DNA from: Patescibacteria group bacterium
Lineage (GTDB): Bacteria > Patescibacteriota > Minisyncoccia > Portnoybacterales > UBA2143
Assembly: GCA_018830295.1 (NCBI GenBank)
Contig: JAHJSM010000001.1
Coordinates: 65,980 to 129,979 of the forward strand
DNA length: 64,000 bases
Direction: 5' to 3'
In this document: positions 17,901-27,226 of the stretch, piece by piece
How the letters are laid out: each line of letters starts with the position of its first letter
Position numbering within the stretch: the stretch's first letter is position 1
Notes under the pieces: model-generated
Database searches by the model: none
Told to the model about the DNA's origin: nothing
What the model saw: the letters and a program-made list of their open reading frames with translations, nothing else
Program-made: the position numbers and the translations under genes

Positions 17901-18917
17901 TTATCTGCTGAATTTTATGAAATACTCCTTTGGTTTGGATTCTTTCTCAACAAATTCCGCCCACCCTCCGTCAACCTCTGAAAGTCGTTTTATTGAATCG
18001 CTCTCTTTAAACAACGGGTCAACTATTCTTGATTTACAAAAAACCCGAGCATAATAATCGTTCGGATTATTTTCAAAAGATATTTTATTATTCATTCTAT
18101 CTAAAAACAAACTCATTTTGAGGTCTTTCTCCTTATATTTCTCAACCTTAGCCAAGACCTCATCTTCGGTCGTCCACAAATCATCTTTGGAAATATATTC
18201 CTTTTCTATAGCGTGCTTCATCGCATCACCAACCGTTCTAAACATAATCGCCGACGATAATCCCGCATAATAATTTTTATTTAAATTTGAAAACAACAAC
18301 GCGTATTTTTTAGCGCTTTTCAAATCGTTAAAAACCCACCTATTATTTTCAATCGCCAAACTATCTAAAAAATATTTTATTTCTTTGGTGTTCGTCTCTT
18401 GAAAATGCGTAGCTGACCTTAATGAATAATCAATTCTATCAGCGCATAAATCAGGTAATTTTTTCTCTAATAAAGGAAAATTTTCTTCATTCAAAATATA
18501 GTCCAAATCAAAATTATATTTTTCCAAAATGCTTGGAATTTTTGTCGTTCTAACAAAGTCCGCGAAGATATCGTCTTGATAACTTTGTTCTGTCTCCGAG
18601 CCCTCGTCAAAAACATAGTCAATACAATGAGAAAAAGCGGAATGCGAAAGGTCGTGAAGCAAACCAGACACCTGTTCCTCAAGAGAGGCGTTAAATTTTT
18701 TAAGCAGAATAAAAACGCCCACTGAATGGTCAAAACGGTTATGCTGCAATTGGCTCAAAGGAAGTGATTTAGGATTGGCGTAAAGAGGCAAATACCCCGC
18801 TTGGTCTATCCCCTTCAACCGCCGAAAACAAGCCGCCTCCATAATCTCCAAAACCAACGGCTCCCCAATCTCAACCCCTCCATAAACTTTATCAATATAT
18901 TTCATAATTTTCCCCAA
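17901..18917 (-). CDS. HD-domain metal-dependent phosphohydrolase
   Basis: 338 aa. HD-domain motifs are present: RFDHSVGV, LLHDLSHSAFSH and CADRIDYSLRSA. Confidence 0.6.
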   Translation of the reverse strand: MGKIMKYIDKVYGGVEIGEPLVLEIMEAACFRRLKGIDQAGYLPLYANPKSLPLSQLQHNRFDHSVGVFILLKKFNASLEEQVSGLLHDLSHSAFSHCIDYVFDEGSETEQSYQDDIFADFVRTTKIPSILEKYNFDLDYILNEENFPLLEKKLPDLCADRIDYSLRSATHFQETNTKEIKYFLDSLAIENNRWVFNDLKSAKKYALLFSNLNKNYYAGLSSAIMFRTVGDAMKHAIEKEYISKDDLWTTEDEVLAKVEKYKEKDLKMSLFLDRMNNKISFENNPNDYYARVFCKSRIVDPLFKESDSIKRLSEVDGGWAEFVEKESKPKEYFIKFSR

Positions 18918-18927
18918 TTTATTACAG

Positions 18928-18998
18928 TCGGCTTTACCAAAGCCGAATACTCTAACTTATGGCAATTGGCTATTCGGCTTTGGTAAAGCCGAATAGCC
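18928..18998. repeat. REP-A2 doublet: two inverted copies of TCGGCTTT(ACC/GGT)AAAGCCGA
   Basis: Element a lies at 18928-18949 and element b at 18968-18998 (GGCTATTCGGCTTTGGTAAAGCCGAATAGCC). They share the stem TTCGGCT/AGCCGAA with REP-A. Element b encodes the C-terminus (LFGFTKAE) and the stop codon of the RAYT gene. Confidence 0.75.
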
Positions 18999-19614
18999 AT
19001 TCCGTGAAATCTTTTTTAAATTGTTTTTTGTCTGCGATAAATAACTCAAAAAATTTATTTTGATTAGTGACAAATGAAAAATTATCTTTTCCAATAATAT
19101 CTAAATAACTTGACCATTTATAATCTTCTAAAAATTTTATCGTTTGTTTCTGATTGCTTAGACCGTTTTCCTTCCAATTTTTATCAATTAATTGAATTGG
19201 ATTAGCAAAAATATAAAATGGTAAATACGTAAAATGATTATCTTTCTTTATAAGGATTATTTTTGACTTACCTTGAAATAAAACTCCGCTTCGTTCGTTT
19301 TTCAAATTAAAATATTGAGTATAGCTACTATTTACTTTCTTAGAAAACATACTTGCGCCGCCGTCGCGCTTCTCTCGAACTAAAATATGATAATGATTAG
19401 ACATCAAGCACCAACACAAAACATCCACCAACCCATCATCATCGCTGGTCGGCTTTCGGATAGCCGACCGTCGTTTGTGGTATGACATAAATGTTTCGTT
19501 TTTATTGTTAAAGTCGTAGAGATTATGAACAAAACGCAAATAATCTCTTTCATCAAGAAAAATTTTACGCTTATCTACACCTCTATTTAAGATATGATAA
19601 ATATCTCCCTTCAT
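18970..19614 (-). CDS. IS200/IS605-family Y1 transposase of the REP-associated (RAYT, TnpA_REP) type
   Basis: 214 aa. YHILNRGVDKRKIF...LMSNHYHILV is the HuH motif, SSYTQYFN carries the candidate catalytic Tyr, and FQGKSK and YKWSSY follow. This pattern matches E. coli RAYT and IS200 TnpA. REP-A family palindromes flank it on both sides. Confidence 0.75.
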   Translation of the reverse strand: MKGDIYHILNRGVDKRKIFLDERDYLRFVHNLYDFNNKNETFMSYHKRRSAIRKPTSDDDGLVDVLCWCLMSNHYHILVREKRDGGASMFSKKVNSSYTQYFNLKNERSGVLFQGKSKIILIKKDNHFTYLPFYIFANPIQLIDKNWKENGLSNQKQTIKFLEDYKWSSYLDIIGKDNFSFVTNQNKFFELFIADKKQFKKDFTEWLFGFTKAE

Positions 19615-19617
19615 AAT

Positions 19618-20112
19618 TTATTTGTCTGTTCGGCTATCCGATAGCCGAATGATTGTATGAGTCAATATTTGAATAATTTTTCTTTTTGGTTTACCTTTTT
19701 TGTTTTTGCCGTAAGTATAGTGATGAATTGACGGAACGCCATTTTTTGAAGAGTTGCTAATCGCTTTGCCATCGCCTAAATAAAATCCTATGTGTCGATG
19801 TAATATTTCATCAACACCCTTTCTTTCTTCCCAAACAAGAACATTGCCTGGAACTAATTTCTTAGTTTTCTCCCATCCATTTTCGAGCATATCTTTAACT
19901 GTACTTTTGACTGTGGCATGGGGCGATAAAATCAAGCCGAAAAAATTTAAAATAGACGAAACATGATAGGCGCAAGAAAGATTGCCATTTTTAAGAATGT
20001 CTCTTTTCTTGCCGTTTTCTAAAACATAAAGCCGCCGAAACATTTTACAGCCCCGACTCGCCCTAATCGCCTCTAAATAATTTTGATAAACAAGAATTTT
20101 AAGTTTTGACAT
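19618..20112 (-). CDS. hypothetical protein, possible Cys/His hydrolase-like
   Basis: 164 aa. The last 11 residues are encoded by REP-A. Cys (LSCAYH) and His (HRHIGFYLG) positions could form a catalytic dyad. I could not assign a family. Confidence 0.35.
   Translation of the reverse strand: MSKLKILVYQNYLEAIRASRGCKMFRRLYVLENGKKRDILKNGNLSCAYHVSSILNFFGLILSPHATVKSTVKDMLENGWEKTKKLVPGNVLVWEERKGVDEILHRHIGFYLGDGKAISNSSKNGVPSIHHYTYGKNKKGKPKRKIIQILTHTIIRLSDSRTDK
19629..19649. repeat. REP-A palindrome TTCGGCTATCCGATAGCCGAA
   Basis: Perfect 21 bp palindrome 15 bp upstream of the RAYT start. It also encodes the C-terminal [10 protein letters not shown] of ORF 19618..20112. Confidence 0.8.
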
Positions 20113-22045
20113 TTAAAAATTTGGCGTTAATAGCCACAATTACCGTGGAAAGCGACATCGATAATGCGCCGAGGGCGGGACTTAAAAGAACGCCCCAATT
20201 ATAAAAGACGCCGGCGGCGACTGGAATGGCGATAAGATTATAACCCGTCGCCCAAATTAAATTTTGAATCATCTTGCTATACGACGCGCGCGCCAAAAAG
20301 ACGACGCCGACAAGAGCCAAAGGGTTGCTTTTAACTAAAATCACATCAGCGGCCTCAATCGCCACATCCGTCCCTGCGCCCACCGCAATTCCAACATCGG
20401 CTTGAGCCAAAGCCGGCGCGTCGTTCACGCCATCGCCCGTCATCGCCACAATCAAACCGCGAGATTGAATCTCTTTAATTTTGGTCAACTTATCTTGAGG
20501 CAGAACCTCTGCCATAAACTCATCCAACCCTATTTCTTCAGCCACCCGTTCCGCGACCTGCCGATTATCCCCCGTCAGCATTATGCTTTTAATGCCCATC
20601 TTCCTCAACATCGCGACGGCCTCTTTTGATTCCGCCCTGACGACATCCGCCAAAGCGACCGCGCCAATCGGCTTGTTATCCGCCAAAACATAAACAATCG
20701 TCTTGCCCTCTTTTTTTATTTCCCCAATCTCTTTATTCTCCACCGTCACGCCCAACTCTTTCAAATATCCAAAACTGGCGACTGTTATTTTCCTGCCCAT
20801 AACCATTCCGCGCGCGCCTTTGCCCGGAATAGATTTAAAATCCGAAACAGCGTAAATTTCTCGAGCCGAAGCCGCGACGCTCTTGGCGATCGGATGGCTG
20901 GAATGGGAATCAACCGAAGCAGCCAAGTTCAAAACCTCGTCTTTGCTTAAATTTTCAAAAAAACTAATTATATCCGTCACTCCAAATTCACCTTTTGTTA
21001 AAGTACCCGTCTTGTCAAAAACAACCGTATTTATTTTTCTCATCTGCTCAAAGGCCGCTCTGTTCCTAATTAAAAATCCGTTGCTGGCGGCCAAAGAAAT
21101 TGAAACCGCCACGACCAAAGGAACGGCCAAACCCAAAGCGTGCGGACAAGCAATGACCATGACTGTCACCGCTCGCTCAATGGCAAAAAACAATTCTTTT
21201 TCAGAAAACATCAGCCATGAAAATAAAGTGAGCGCGCCGACAGACAAAGCGCCGACCGTCAGCCACAAAGCGGCCTTGTTCGCCAAATCCTGCGTTTTTG
21301 ACTTGCTCTCCTGGGCTTGGCGGACCAAATCAATTACTTGGGATAAATACGAATCCTTGCCCATCTTTTCCGCCCTGACAGTAATCGCCCCCTCGCCATT
21401 GACCGAAGCGCCAATGATTTTATCGCCAACTTTTTTGAAAACCGGTTCCGATTCGCCCGTGAGCATGGATTCATTGACTGATGTTTCTCCACTTATGACA
21501 ACGCCATCAACTGGCGCCTTCTCGCCCGGCTTAATTAATATCTTATCGCCCGCCTTCAAATTTTCAATCGCCACTTCTTCAAGCCCTCCATCTTCTTTGA
21601 CTTTATGCGCGGTGGAAGGCATTAATTTCGCCAATTCCTCCAAAGCCCGTCCAGCCCCCATAACAGACCTCATTTCAATCCAATGCCCCAAAAGCATAAT
21701 ATCTATCAAGGTGACTAACTCCCAAAAAAACAGATGCCCTGTCAAGCCAAAAACAACAGCCGAACTATACCCATAAGCGGTCGTAATCGCGACCGCGACC
21801 AAAGTCATCATCCCCGGCGTTTTCTTTTTCGCCTCGTCTAAAAACCCTTTCAAAAAAGGCCAGCCGCCGTAAAAATATATGATTGAAGACAAAGTAAATA
21901 AGACATATAAATTCTTATCCATCGACGAAAGCGCCAAAACAGGCAACGACAAAACCAAACAAACAAAAAACCGCCACCCAAAACCCCCCGCCGAATGAGC
22001 GCGATGATTCTGATGCCCCTTATGATTTTGATGATTCATATCCAT
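20099..22045 (-). CDS. P1B-type heavy-metal ATPase, CopB-like (CPH motif, His-rich N-terminus)
   Basis: 648 aa. The N-terminus [18 protein letters not shown] is His-rich. TM CPH ([11 protein letters not shown]), [21 protein letters not shown] and a TGES-like actuator are present. There is no N-terminal HMA domain. Confidence 0.75.
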   Translation of the reverse strand: MDMNHQNHKGHQNHRAHSAGGFGWRFFVCLVLSLPVLALSSMDKNLYVLFTLSSIIYFYGGWPFLKGFLDEAKKKTPGMMTLVAVAITTAYGYSSAVVFGLTGHLFFWELVTLIDIMLLGHWIEMRSVMGAGRALEELAKLMPSTAHKVKEDGGLEEVAIENLKAGDKILIKPGEKAPVDGVVISGETSVNESMLTGESEPVFKKVGDKIIGASVNGEGAITVRAEKMGKDSYLSQVIDLVRQAQESKSKTQDLANKAALWLTVGALSVGALTLFSWLMFSEKELFFAIERAVTVMVIACPHALGLAVPLVVAVSISLAASNGFLIRNRAAFEQMRKINTVVFDKTGTLTKGEFGVTDIISFFENLSKDEVLNLAASVDSHSSHPIAKSVAASAREIYAVSDFKSIPGKGARGMVMGRKITVASFGYLKELGVTVENKEIGEIKKEGKTIVYVLADNKPIGAVALADVVRAESKEAVAMLRKMGIKSIMLTGDNRQVAERVAEEIGLDEFMAEVLPQDKLTKIKEIQSRGLIVAMTGDGVNDAPALAQADVGIAVGAGTDVAIEAADVILVKSNPLALVGVVFLARASYSKMIQNLIWATGYNLIAIPVAAGVFYNWGVLLSPALGALSMSLSTVIVAINAKFLNVKT

Positions 22046-22064
22046 ACTATTGATCCCCCTCTAT

Positions 22065-22097
22065 GGGGACAGTCCCCCGTCCGCGGGGGCTGCCCCC
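22065..22097. repeat. REP-B hairpin (mixed units GGGGACAGTCCCC / GGGGGCTGCCCCC)
   Basis: Same family as 795-825; this copy combines the two unit variants. Confidence 0.7.
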
Positions 22098-22114
22098 GTC
22101 ATCTTTCTCGGCTC

Positions 22115-22143
22115 AAGTGTTCAACCCTGAAGGTTGAACACTT
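22115..22143. other. 12 bp perfect hairpin AAGTGTTCAACC-ctga-GGTTGAACACTT abutting the higA stop
   Basis: Seen directly. A T-run follows it only on the plus strand. Confidence 0.4.
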
Positions 22144-22446
22144 TTACATCGCGGGCTGTAAAATCTTGACTTCGTAACGCAATTTTTCGGATAGTTGTTC
22201 TGTTTGCGTTTCTAACTCGTATCGCGATTGGAGATTGAGCCAAAATTGCGGAGACACGCCAAAATATCTGCCCAAACGCAGAGCTGTATTCGCCGTAATC
22301 GCCCTTGTTCCGTGGACAATTTCATTTATTCTTCGCGGCGAAACACTAATATCTTTCGCCAAACGATACTGTGTAATATTAAATGGCTTCAGAAATTCTT
22401 CTGAAAGAATTTCCCCCGGATGAATAGGTTGTATTTTTTTAGACAT
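22144..22446 (-). CDS. higA: HigA-family antitoxin (XRE-type HTH)
   Basis: 100 aa. IHPGEILSEEFLKPFNITQYRLAKDISVSPRRINEIVHGTRAITANTALRLGRYFGVSPQFWLNLQ matches the HigA signature. It lies directly downstream of higB. Confidence 0.8.
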   Translation of the reverse strand: MSKKIQPIHPGEILSEEFLKPFNITQYRLAKDISVSPRRINEIVHGTRAITANTALRLGRYFGVSPQFWLNLQSRYELETQTEQLSEKLRYEVKILQPAM

Positions 22447-22449
22447 AAT

Positions 22450-22731
22450 TTAGTGATAATCAATTATTTCCACATTATACGCGTCTCCCTGACGCCATTC
22501 AAAACAAATTCTCCATTTCTTATTAATGCGAATGCTGTGTTGTTTTTTTCTTTTCCCGCTTAATTTTTCAAGATGATTTGACGGAGGAATTCTTAAATCG
22601 TTTAGAAACATCGCGGCATCTATAATCCAAAGTTTACGCATAGCCACTCTTTGTATTGAACGAGAAAAACCGCGCGAATAATTCCTTTCAAATATTTTTC
22701 GCGTTTCTTTACATTGAAAACTTTTAATCAT
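22450..22731 (-). CDS. higB: HigB toxin (RelE/ParE superfamily)
   Basis: 93 aa. MIKSF...RKLWIIDAA...LRIPPSNHLEKLSGKRKKQHSIRINKKWRICFEWRQGDAYNVEIIDYH is classic HigB. Confidence 0.8.
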   Translation of the reverse strand: MIKSFQCKETRKIFERNYSRGFSRSIQRVAMRKLWIIDAAMFLNDLRIPPSNHLEKLSGKRKKQHSIRINKKWRICFEWRQGDAYNVEIIDYH

Positions 22732-22797
22732 GTATCATATTAACGCGTTGCGTTAGTAGTGTCAAGTATAGAATAGCTGAATTATACTTCTATTATT

Positions 22798-23178
22798 TTA
22801 TTTCAAGTTTTTTAAATATTCCTTTATTCTCTCCCGATTCTCGTTCTCCTTGTTTCCTTTGAAATATATCTCAATAAATTCAATCCCAATCATTTCTATT
22901 GTTTGATGATTTTCAATATAGGCGTAAATAATTCTTAAATCCTTTTTCTTTAAACTTCTGCAAAAAAATCTTGCTTTAATAATGTAAATAAAATCATTTT
23001 TCGCAATTACATTAAAATGTTTGCCAATCCCCAAGGGCGCCGCGCTCAAAACCTTTTTAAATTCGGTTAAATCATCATCCGTGGTCTTGAATTTTTTAGA
23101 TAATTTCTTAAAATCTTTTTGAAATTCCTCCGTATTTTTAAAGTTCATCGTCATAGTTTCTGACCGAGTGGTCATCAT
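22798..23178 (-). CDS. RelE/YafQ-like toxin paired with the Panacea-domain antitoxin
   Basis: 126 aa. The C-terminal KKDLRIIYAYIENHQTIEMIGIEFIEIY resembles the RelE/YafQ core. It overlaps the upstream antitoxin gene. The likely start is an internal Met (MNFKN, about 23148). Confidence 0.45.
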   Translation of the reverse strand: MMTTRSETMTMNFKNTEEFQKDFKKLSKKFKTTDDDLTEFKKVLSAAPLGIGKHFNVIAKNDFIYIIKARFFCRSLKKKDLRIIYAYIENHQTIEMIGIEFIEIYFKGNKENENRERIKEYLKNLK

Positions 23179-23923
23179 CGCGATAAAAAACGGTTTCGTA
23201 ACTAATTTCTTCGCCCGCCTCGTGAACTCTCCACGGAGTGTCCGAGTGCGAGTATTCGCTTAATTCTTTGGCATTTTTCCACGCCAAACGATTCAAAACA
23301 TTGTCAATGTGCTGGATTTCTTGGGCGGACAAAATTTTTAAATCAGCGGAACATCGCGGCAAATATTTTTTTTGTTCGTATTGAAAATGCTTGCTTTTTA
23401 CTTTTTCAATTTCCCCGTTAGCAATCATTCTGTCGGTTATTTTTTTAAACTCAATCGGCGTCGGACCAAAATGATTTTTAATATATTTGGCGCCAATCAA
23501 CTGCTCTTCAAACTTTTCGTAATAATCAAAATCAATAAAATAAAGCAACTTATATATCGCTGTCTCGCCGATATTCGGACGAGCGCCGACTTTTTCAAGA
23601 AGATAAAGTAAAACCTCTTTAAACTTTTGCGCATTCGCGCGCGGCATAATAATTCTCATCTCCGGTTTTGCTATTTTTTTTATTTTCTTTTCTTTCGCCA
23701 GTTCGGTTTCTATTTTCTTTTTTCCTTCGCTCAAAAAATCATTCAAAGACATACTAAAAAGAGACGCCAATTTTTGCGCCTCCAAAACGGTCAACTCCCG
23801 CCCGCCTTTTTCTATTTGCGTATAAGTCGGCCGCGACATCTTTAATTTTTCCGCCAAATACCCTTGTGAAAAATTATTTTCTTCGCGCAATAGTTTAATT
23901 TTCTTGAATAAATCCTTAACCAT
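23138..23923 (-). CDS. XRE-HTH plus Panacea (DUF4065) domain protein, PanA-like antitoxin
   Basis: 261 aa. The N-terminal HTH is GYLAEKLKMSRPTYTQIEKGGRELTVLEAQKLASLF. The C-terminal AIYKLLYFIDFDYY...GPTP pattern matches DUF4065/Panacea as I recall it. Confidence 0.55.
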   Translation of the reverse strand: MVKDLFKKIKLLREENNFSQGYLAEKLKMSRPTYTQIEKGGRELTVLEAQKLASLFSMSLNDFLSEGKKKIETELAKEKKIKKIAKPEMRIIMPRANAQKFKEVLLYLLEKVGARPNIGETAIYKLLYFIDFDYYEKFEEQLIGAKYIKNHFGPTPIEFKKITDRMIANGEIEKVKSKHFQYEQKKYLPRCSADLKILSAQEIQHIDNVLNRLAWKNAKELSEYSHSDTPWRVHEAGEEISYETVFYRDDDHSVRNYDDEL

Positions 23924-23994
23924 ATACCTCTATTATATATCCTGTAAAGAATTCTTGTCAAGTGGATAAGTAAGAATGCTTAACACCAGAATAA

Positions 23995-24015
23995 TTCGGC
24001 TATCCGATAGCCGAA
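23995..24015. repeat. REP-A palindrome (extended form AATTCGGCTATCCGATAGCCGAATT)
   Basis: Perfect palindrome 5 bp after the secA stop. Confidence 0.8.
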
Positions 24016-24019
24016 TTGT

Positions 24020-26572
24020 TTATTGCCCGCAGCATTTTTTGAATTTTTTTCCGGAGCCGCAGGGGCAGGGGTCGTTTCGGCCTGCTTTTGTCGCGGAGGC
24101 CGTTTTGGGGACAGTCCCCGCAACGGGGACTGTCCCCAAGGGTTGATGCGCTATTGGAGCGTTGGGCGAAATAGAGACCTTGTAAATCATATTAACGACT
24201 GTTGATTGGATTGCCGCCATTAATCTTTGAAAAAGACGAATCCCCTCGTTTTTGTATTCCACCAACGGATCTTTTTGCCCGTAAGCGCGCAAGCGGACGC
24301 TGTCTCGCAAGTGGTCCATATTGTCCAAGTGGTCCATCCAAAGCGTGTCCAGAGAACGCAAGAGAACATATTTTTCAACGCGACGCGCGTTATCTTCGCC
24401 CAAATCATCTTCCTTTTTTTTGTACGCCTCCTCGGCTAATTTAATTAAATAATCAGAAACCTCGCCCTCGCTTTTCAGTTCCGCCAACGCCCGCGGCAAT
24501 TCCTCTGTTTGAAAAATACTCCCAATGATTTGACTAACTTCTTCGCGAGCGGCAATTTTCTTAATTTCATCCTTAATCATTTCCACCACTTCCGTTCTGA
24601 CATTCTTTTCTCTCAAAACCGCTTTTCGTTTTTTGTAAATCGTCTCCCTCTGCTTATTCATAACATCATCGTATTCCAAAATATGCTTCCGCGCGTCAAG
24701 ATTATATCCCTCAATCCTGCCCTGCGCCGATTCAATCGCTTTGGAAACCAACTTGTTTTCAAGCGGTTGGTCTTCAGGCACTTTCAGCATCTCCATCATT
24801 GACTTAACCCTGTCCCCGCCAAAAACGCGCATCAAATCGTCTTCCAAGGAAACGAAAAATTGACTGGAACCGGGGTCGCCCTGCCGTCCCGCTCTTCCCC
24901 GCAACTGGTCGTCAATCCGCCTCGCCTCGTGCCTCTCCGTCCCGATAACATGGAGACCGCCCAGCCCCGCCACTTCGTCATGCTTCGCCTCCTTTTCGCT
25001 TTCCTCCAAATCCCGCCCGCCTAAAATAATATCAACGCCCCGACCTGCCATATTGGTCGCGACTGTCACCGCCCCCTTCTGCCCCGCTTGAGCAAGAATT
25101 CGCGCTTCCTGTTCGTGGTTTTTCGCGTTAAGAATTTGGTGAGGGATGCCTTCTTTTCCTAAATAAGCCGAAAGCAGTTCGTTTTTTTCAATAGAAACCG
25201 TTCCCACTAAAACGGGCTGTCCCGCCTGGTATCTCTTTTTAATATCCCCAACAATCGCCCGCAATTTCCCATTCTCGTTTTTGTAAATGCTATCCGGCAA
25301 ATCCTCTCGGATCGCCGGCTTGTTGGTCGGAACCTCAACCACTTTTAATTTGTAAACCTTGTCAAACTCCTCGGCGGAAGTCAGAGCCGTTCCCGTCATT
25401 CCCGAAAGTTTTTCATACATCCGAAAATAGTTTTGAAAAGTAATAGAAGCAAGCGTGCGGCTTTCCTGTTGAACGCGGACATTTTCTTTCGCCTCAAGCG
25501 CCTGATGTAAACCGTCCGAATATCTTCGTCCTGGCATTAAACGCCCCGTGAATTCATCAACGATAATCACCTGCCCGTCTTTAACAACATAATCCCTGTC
25601 TTTTTTGAAAATAACCTCCGCCCGAAGCGCCTGTTCCAAATGGTGAACATAACGAATGCCGCCTTCTTCATAAATATTGTCCATTCCCAATATTTTTTCC
25701 ACCTTGTCAGTGCCTTCCTCCGTCAGAGTCACCGCTTTCATTTTTTCGTCCAAATTGTAATCGGCGTTCTCTTTCAACTGTGGCGTAATCCGACAAAACT
25801 GCTCATACATTTTCGTTGACTCCGCGTCAGGCATGGAAATAATCAGAGGCGTTCGCGCTTCATCAATTAAAATGCTGTCTATCTCGTCAACAATCGCGAA
25901 ATACGGCTCGCGTTGAGCCATCGCCTCCAAAGAAGGCGCCATATTATCCCGCAAATAATCAAAACCGAATTCGTTGTTCGTCCCGTAGGTAATATCCGCC
26001 AAATACGCCTCTTTGCGGACGACCTCCTTAAGGTTTTCCATTTCAACCGTAATTTCGTTTTCGTCAGGCGCTGTTTGCGGTTCAAAAATAAATGACTTTT
26101 CGTGATTAAGACAGGCAACGGAAATTCCCAAAAGATGGAAAATCGGACCCATCCAGTTGGCGTCTCTTCGGGATAAATAGTCGTTAACTGTGACAATATG
26201 AACGCCCTTGCCCGTAAGCGCGTTTAAGTAGGCCGCCAAAACAGAGGACAAGGTTTTACCCTCGCCCGTTTTCATCTCGGCGATCTGCCCCCGATGCAAA
26301 ACAACCCCGCCAATTAATTGAACATCAAAATGCCTCTGTCCAAGAGTTCTTTTTGCCGCCTCGCGCGCCAAAGCAAACGCCTCGGGAAGCAAATCATCCA
26401 ACGACTCGCCTTTCTCTAAGCGCGCCTTAAATTCCGCCGTCTTATCCTTCAACTCCCCATCGGGAAGAGAAGCAAACTCCTTTTCAAGTTCGTTAATCCT
26501 CTCAACTAACGGCCCAACATCCCTCAAATTCTTCTCATTAGCATCCCCAAAAATTTTAGTAAAAAATGACAT
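24020..26572 (-). CDS. secA: preprotein translocase ATPase SecA
   Basis: 850 aa. The N-terminus MSFFTKIFGD...KTGEGKT is present. The C-terminal zinc-binding tail is CPCGSGKKFKKCCGQ. Confidence 0.9.
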   Translation of the reverse strand: MSFFTKIFGDANEKNLRDVGPLVERINELEKEFASLPDGELKDKTAEFKARLEKGESLDDLLPEAFALAREAAKRTLGQRHFDVQLIGGVVLHRGQIAEMKTGEGKTLSSVLAAYLNALTGKGVHIVTVNDYLSRRDANWMGPIFHLLGISVACLNHEKSFIFEPQTAPDENEITVEMENLKEVVRKEAYLADITYGTNNEFGFDYLRDNMAPSLEAMAQREPYFAIVDEIDSILIDEARTPLIISMPDAESTKMYEQFCRITPQLKENADYNLDEKMKAVTLTEEGTDKVEKILGMDNIYEEGGIRYVHHLEQALRAEVIFKKDRDYVVKDGQVIIVDEFTGRLMPGRRYSDGLHQALEAKENVRVQQESRTLASITFQNYFRMYEKLSGMTGTALTSAEEFDKVYKLKVVEVPTNKPAIREDLPDSIYKNENGKLRAIVGDIKKRYQAGQPVLVGTVSIEKNELLSAYLGKEGIPHQILNAKNHEQEARILAQAGQKGAVTVATNMAGRGVDIILGGRDLEESEKEAKHDEVAGLGGLHVIGTERHEARRIDDQLRGRAGRQGDPGSSQFFVSLEDDLMRVFGGDRVKSMMEMLKVPEDQPLENKLVSKAIESAQGRIEGYNLDARKHILEYDDVMNKQRETIYKKRKAVLREKNVRTEVVEMIKDEIKKIAAREEVSQIIGSIFQTEELPRALAELKSEGEVSDYLIKLAEEAYKKKEDDLGEDNARRVEKYVLLRSLDTLWMDHLDNMDHLRDSVRLRAYGQKDPLVEYKNEGIRLFQRLMAAIQSTVVNMIYKVSISPNAPIAHQPLGTVPVAGTVPKTASATKAGRNDPCPCGSGKKFKKCCGQ
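24107..24137. repeat. REP-B hairpin embedded in-frame in the secA C-terminal linker
   Basis: GGGGACAGTCCCC-gcaac-GGGGACTGTCCCC. Translated on the minus strand in the secA frame it gives GTVPVAGTVP. It lies 29 codons before the stop, between the body and the zinc-finger tail. Confidence 0.75.
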
Positions 26573-26634
26573 AAAGTTATTGTTATATCCTCACTATAAA
26601 ACGAATCGCCCCAAAAATCAATTATAAATTTTGT

Positions 26635-26662
26635 TTGACACAAATTTTTGATTTGTTATACT
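26635..26662 (+). promoter_or_regulatory. sigma70-like promoter for hicBA (TTGACA-16-TATACT)
   Basis: TTGACA at 26635-26640 and TATACT at 26657-26662, 7 nt before the hicB ATG at 26670. Confidence 0.45.
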
Positions 26663-26669
26663 GGGTTAT

Positions 26670-26915
26670 ATGAAGAAAACTAAGAAAAAAATTTATCATT
26701 TCCCAGTTGTTATTGAACAAGACGAAATGGGGTATTATATCGGCAAAGTTCCCGCTTTAAGAAGTTGCTACACCCAAGCCAAAACATTGCCCGAATTATA
26801 TAAACGCTTAAATGAAGTAGTTGGTCTTTGTGTTGAAGTTGAAAAAGAAAATTTTTCCCAAAGAATTGAACAAAACAAATTTATAGGCGTCCAACAATTA
26901 GAATTTTCTAGATAA
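26670..26915 (+). CDS. hicB: HicB-family antitoxin (UPF0150)
   Basis: 81 aa. YHFPVVIEQDEMGYYIGKVPALRSCYTQAKTLPELYKRLNEVVGLCVE matches the HicB N-domain signature. Confidence 0.7.
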   Translation: MKKTKKKIYHFPVVIEQDEMGYYIGKVPALRSCYTQAKTLPELYKRLNEVVGLCVEVEKENFSQRIEQNKFIGVQQLEFSR

Positions 26916-26921
26916 TCATAC

Positions 26922-27158
26922 ATGCCTAAACTTAATTTACTGCCAGCGAAAAAAATGGTAAAAATCTTAAAATGTTTGGGCTTCCAGAATATTAGAACAA
27001 AAGGCAGTCATTATTTTTTCTTCAATTCAACAACCAACAAAACCGCGACCGTCCCAGTTCACGGAAACGAATATTTAAGCATCGGAATTCTCAAGGAAAT
27101 TTTAAGAGATATTGAATTAAGCGTTGAGGAATATGAAAAGTTAAGAAGGAAAATTTAA
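26922..27158 (+). CDS. hicA: HicA toxin (YcfA-like mRNA interferase)
   Basis: 78 aa. KILKCLGFQNIRTKGSHYFF...VPVHGNEYLSIGILKEILRD matches the HicA signature. Confidence 0.7.
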   Translation: MPKLNLLPAKKMVKILKCLGFQNIRTKGSHYFFFNSTTNKTATVPVHGNEYLSIGILKEILRDIELSVEEYEKLRRKI

Positions 27159-27180
27159 AATTACTGTTATTTTTTAAATC

Positions 27181-27210
27181 AAAAAACAACCTTTATGGGT
27201 TGTTTTTTTT
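27181..27210. terminator. bidirectional intrinsic terminator between hicA(+) and hpf(-)
   Basis: AAAAACAACC-tttatg-GGTTGTTTTT is a 10 bp stem, flanked by an A-run upstream and a T-run downstream. Confidence 0.65.
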
Positions 27211-27226
27211 GGTTTATCATCACCCC

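Noticed and set aside
20883-21776. 297 aa plus-strand ORF antisense to the P-type ATPase
   Set aside because: The P-type ATPase frame has all canonical motifs. The antisense frame is Ser/Ala/Thr-rich filler with no recognisable domain.
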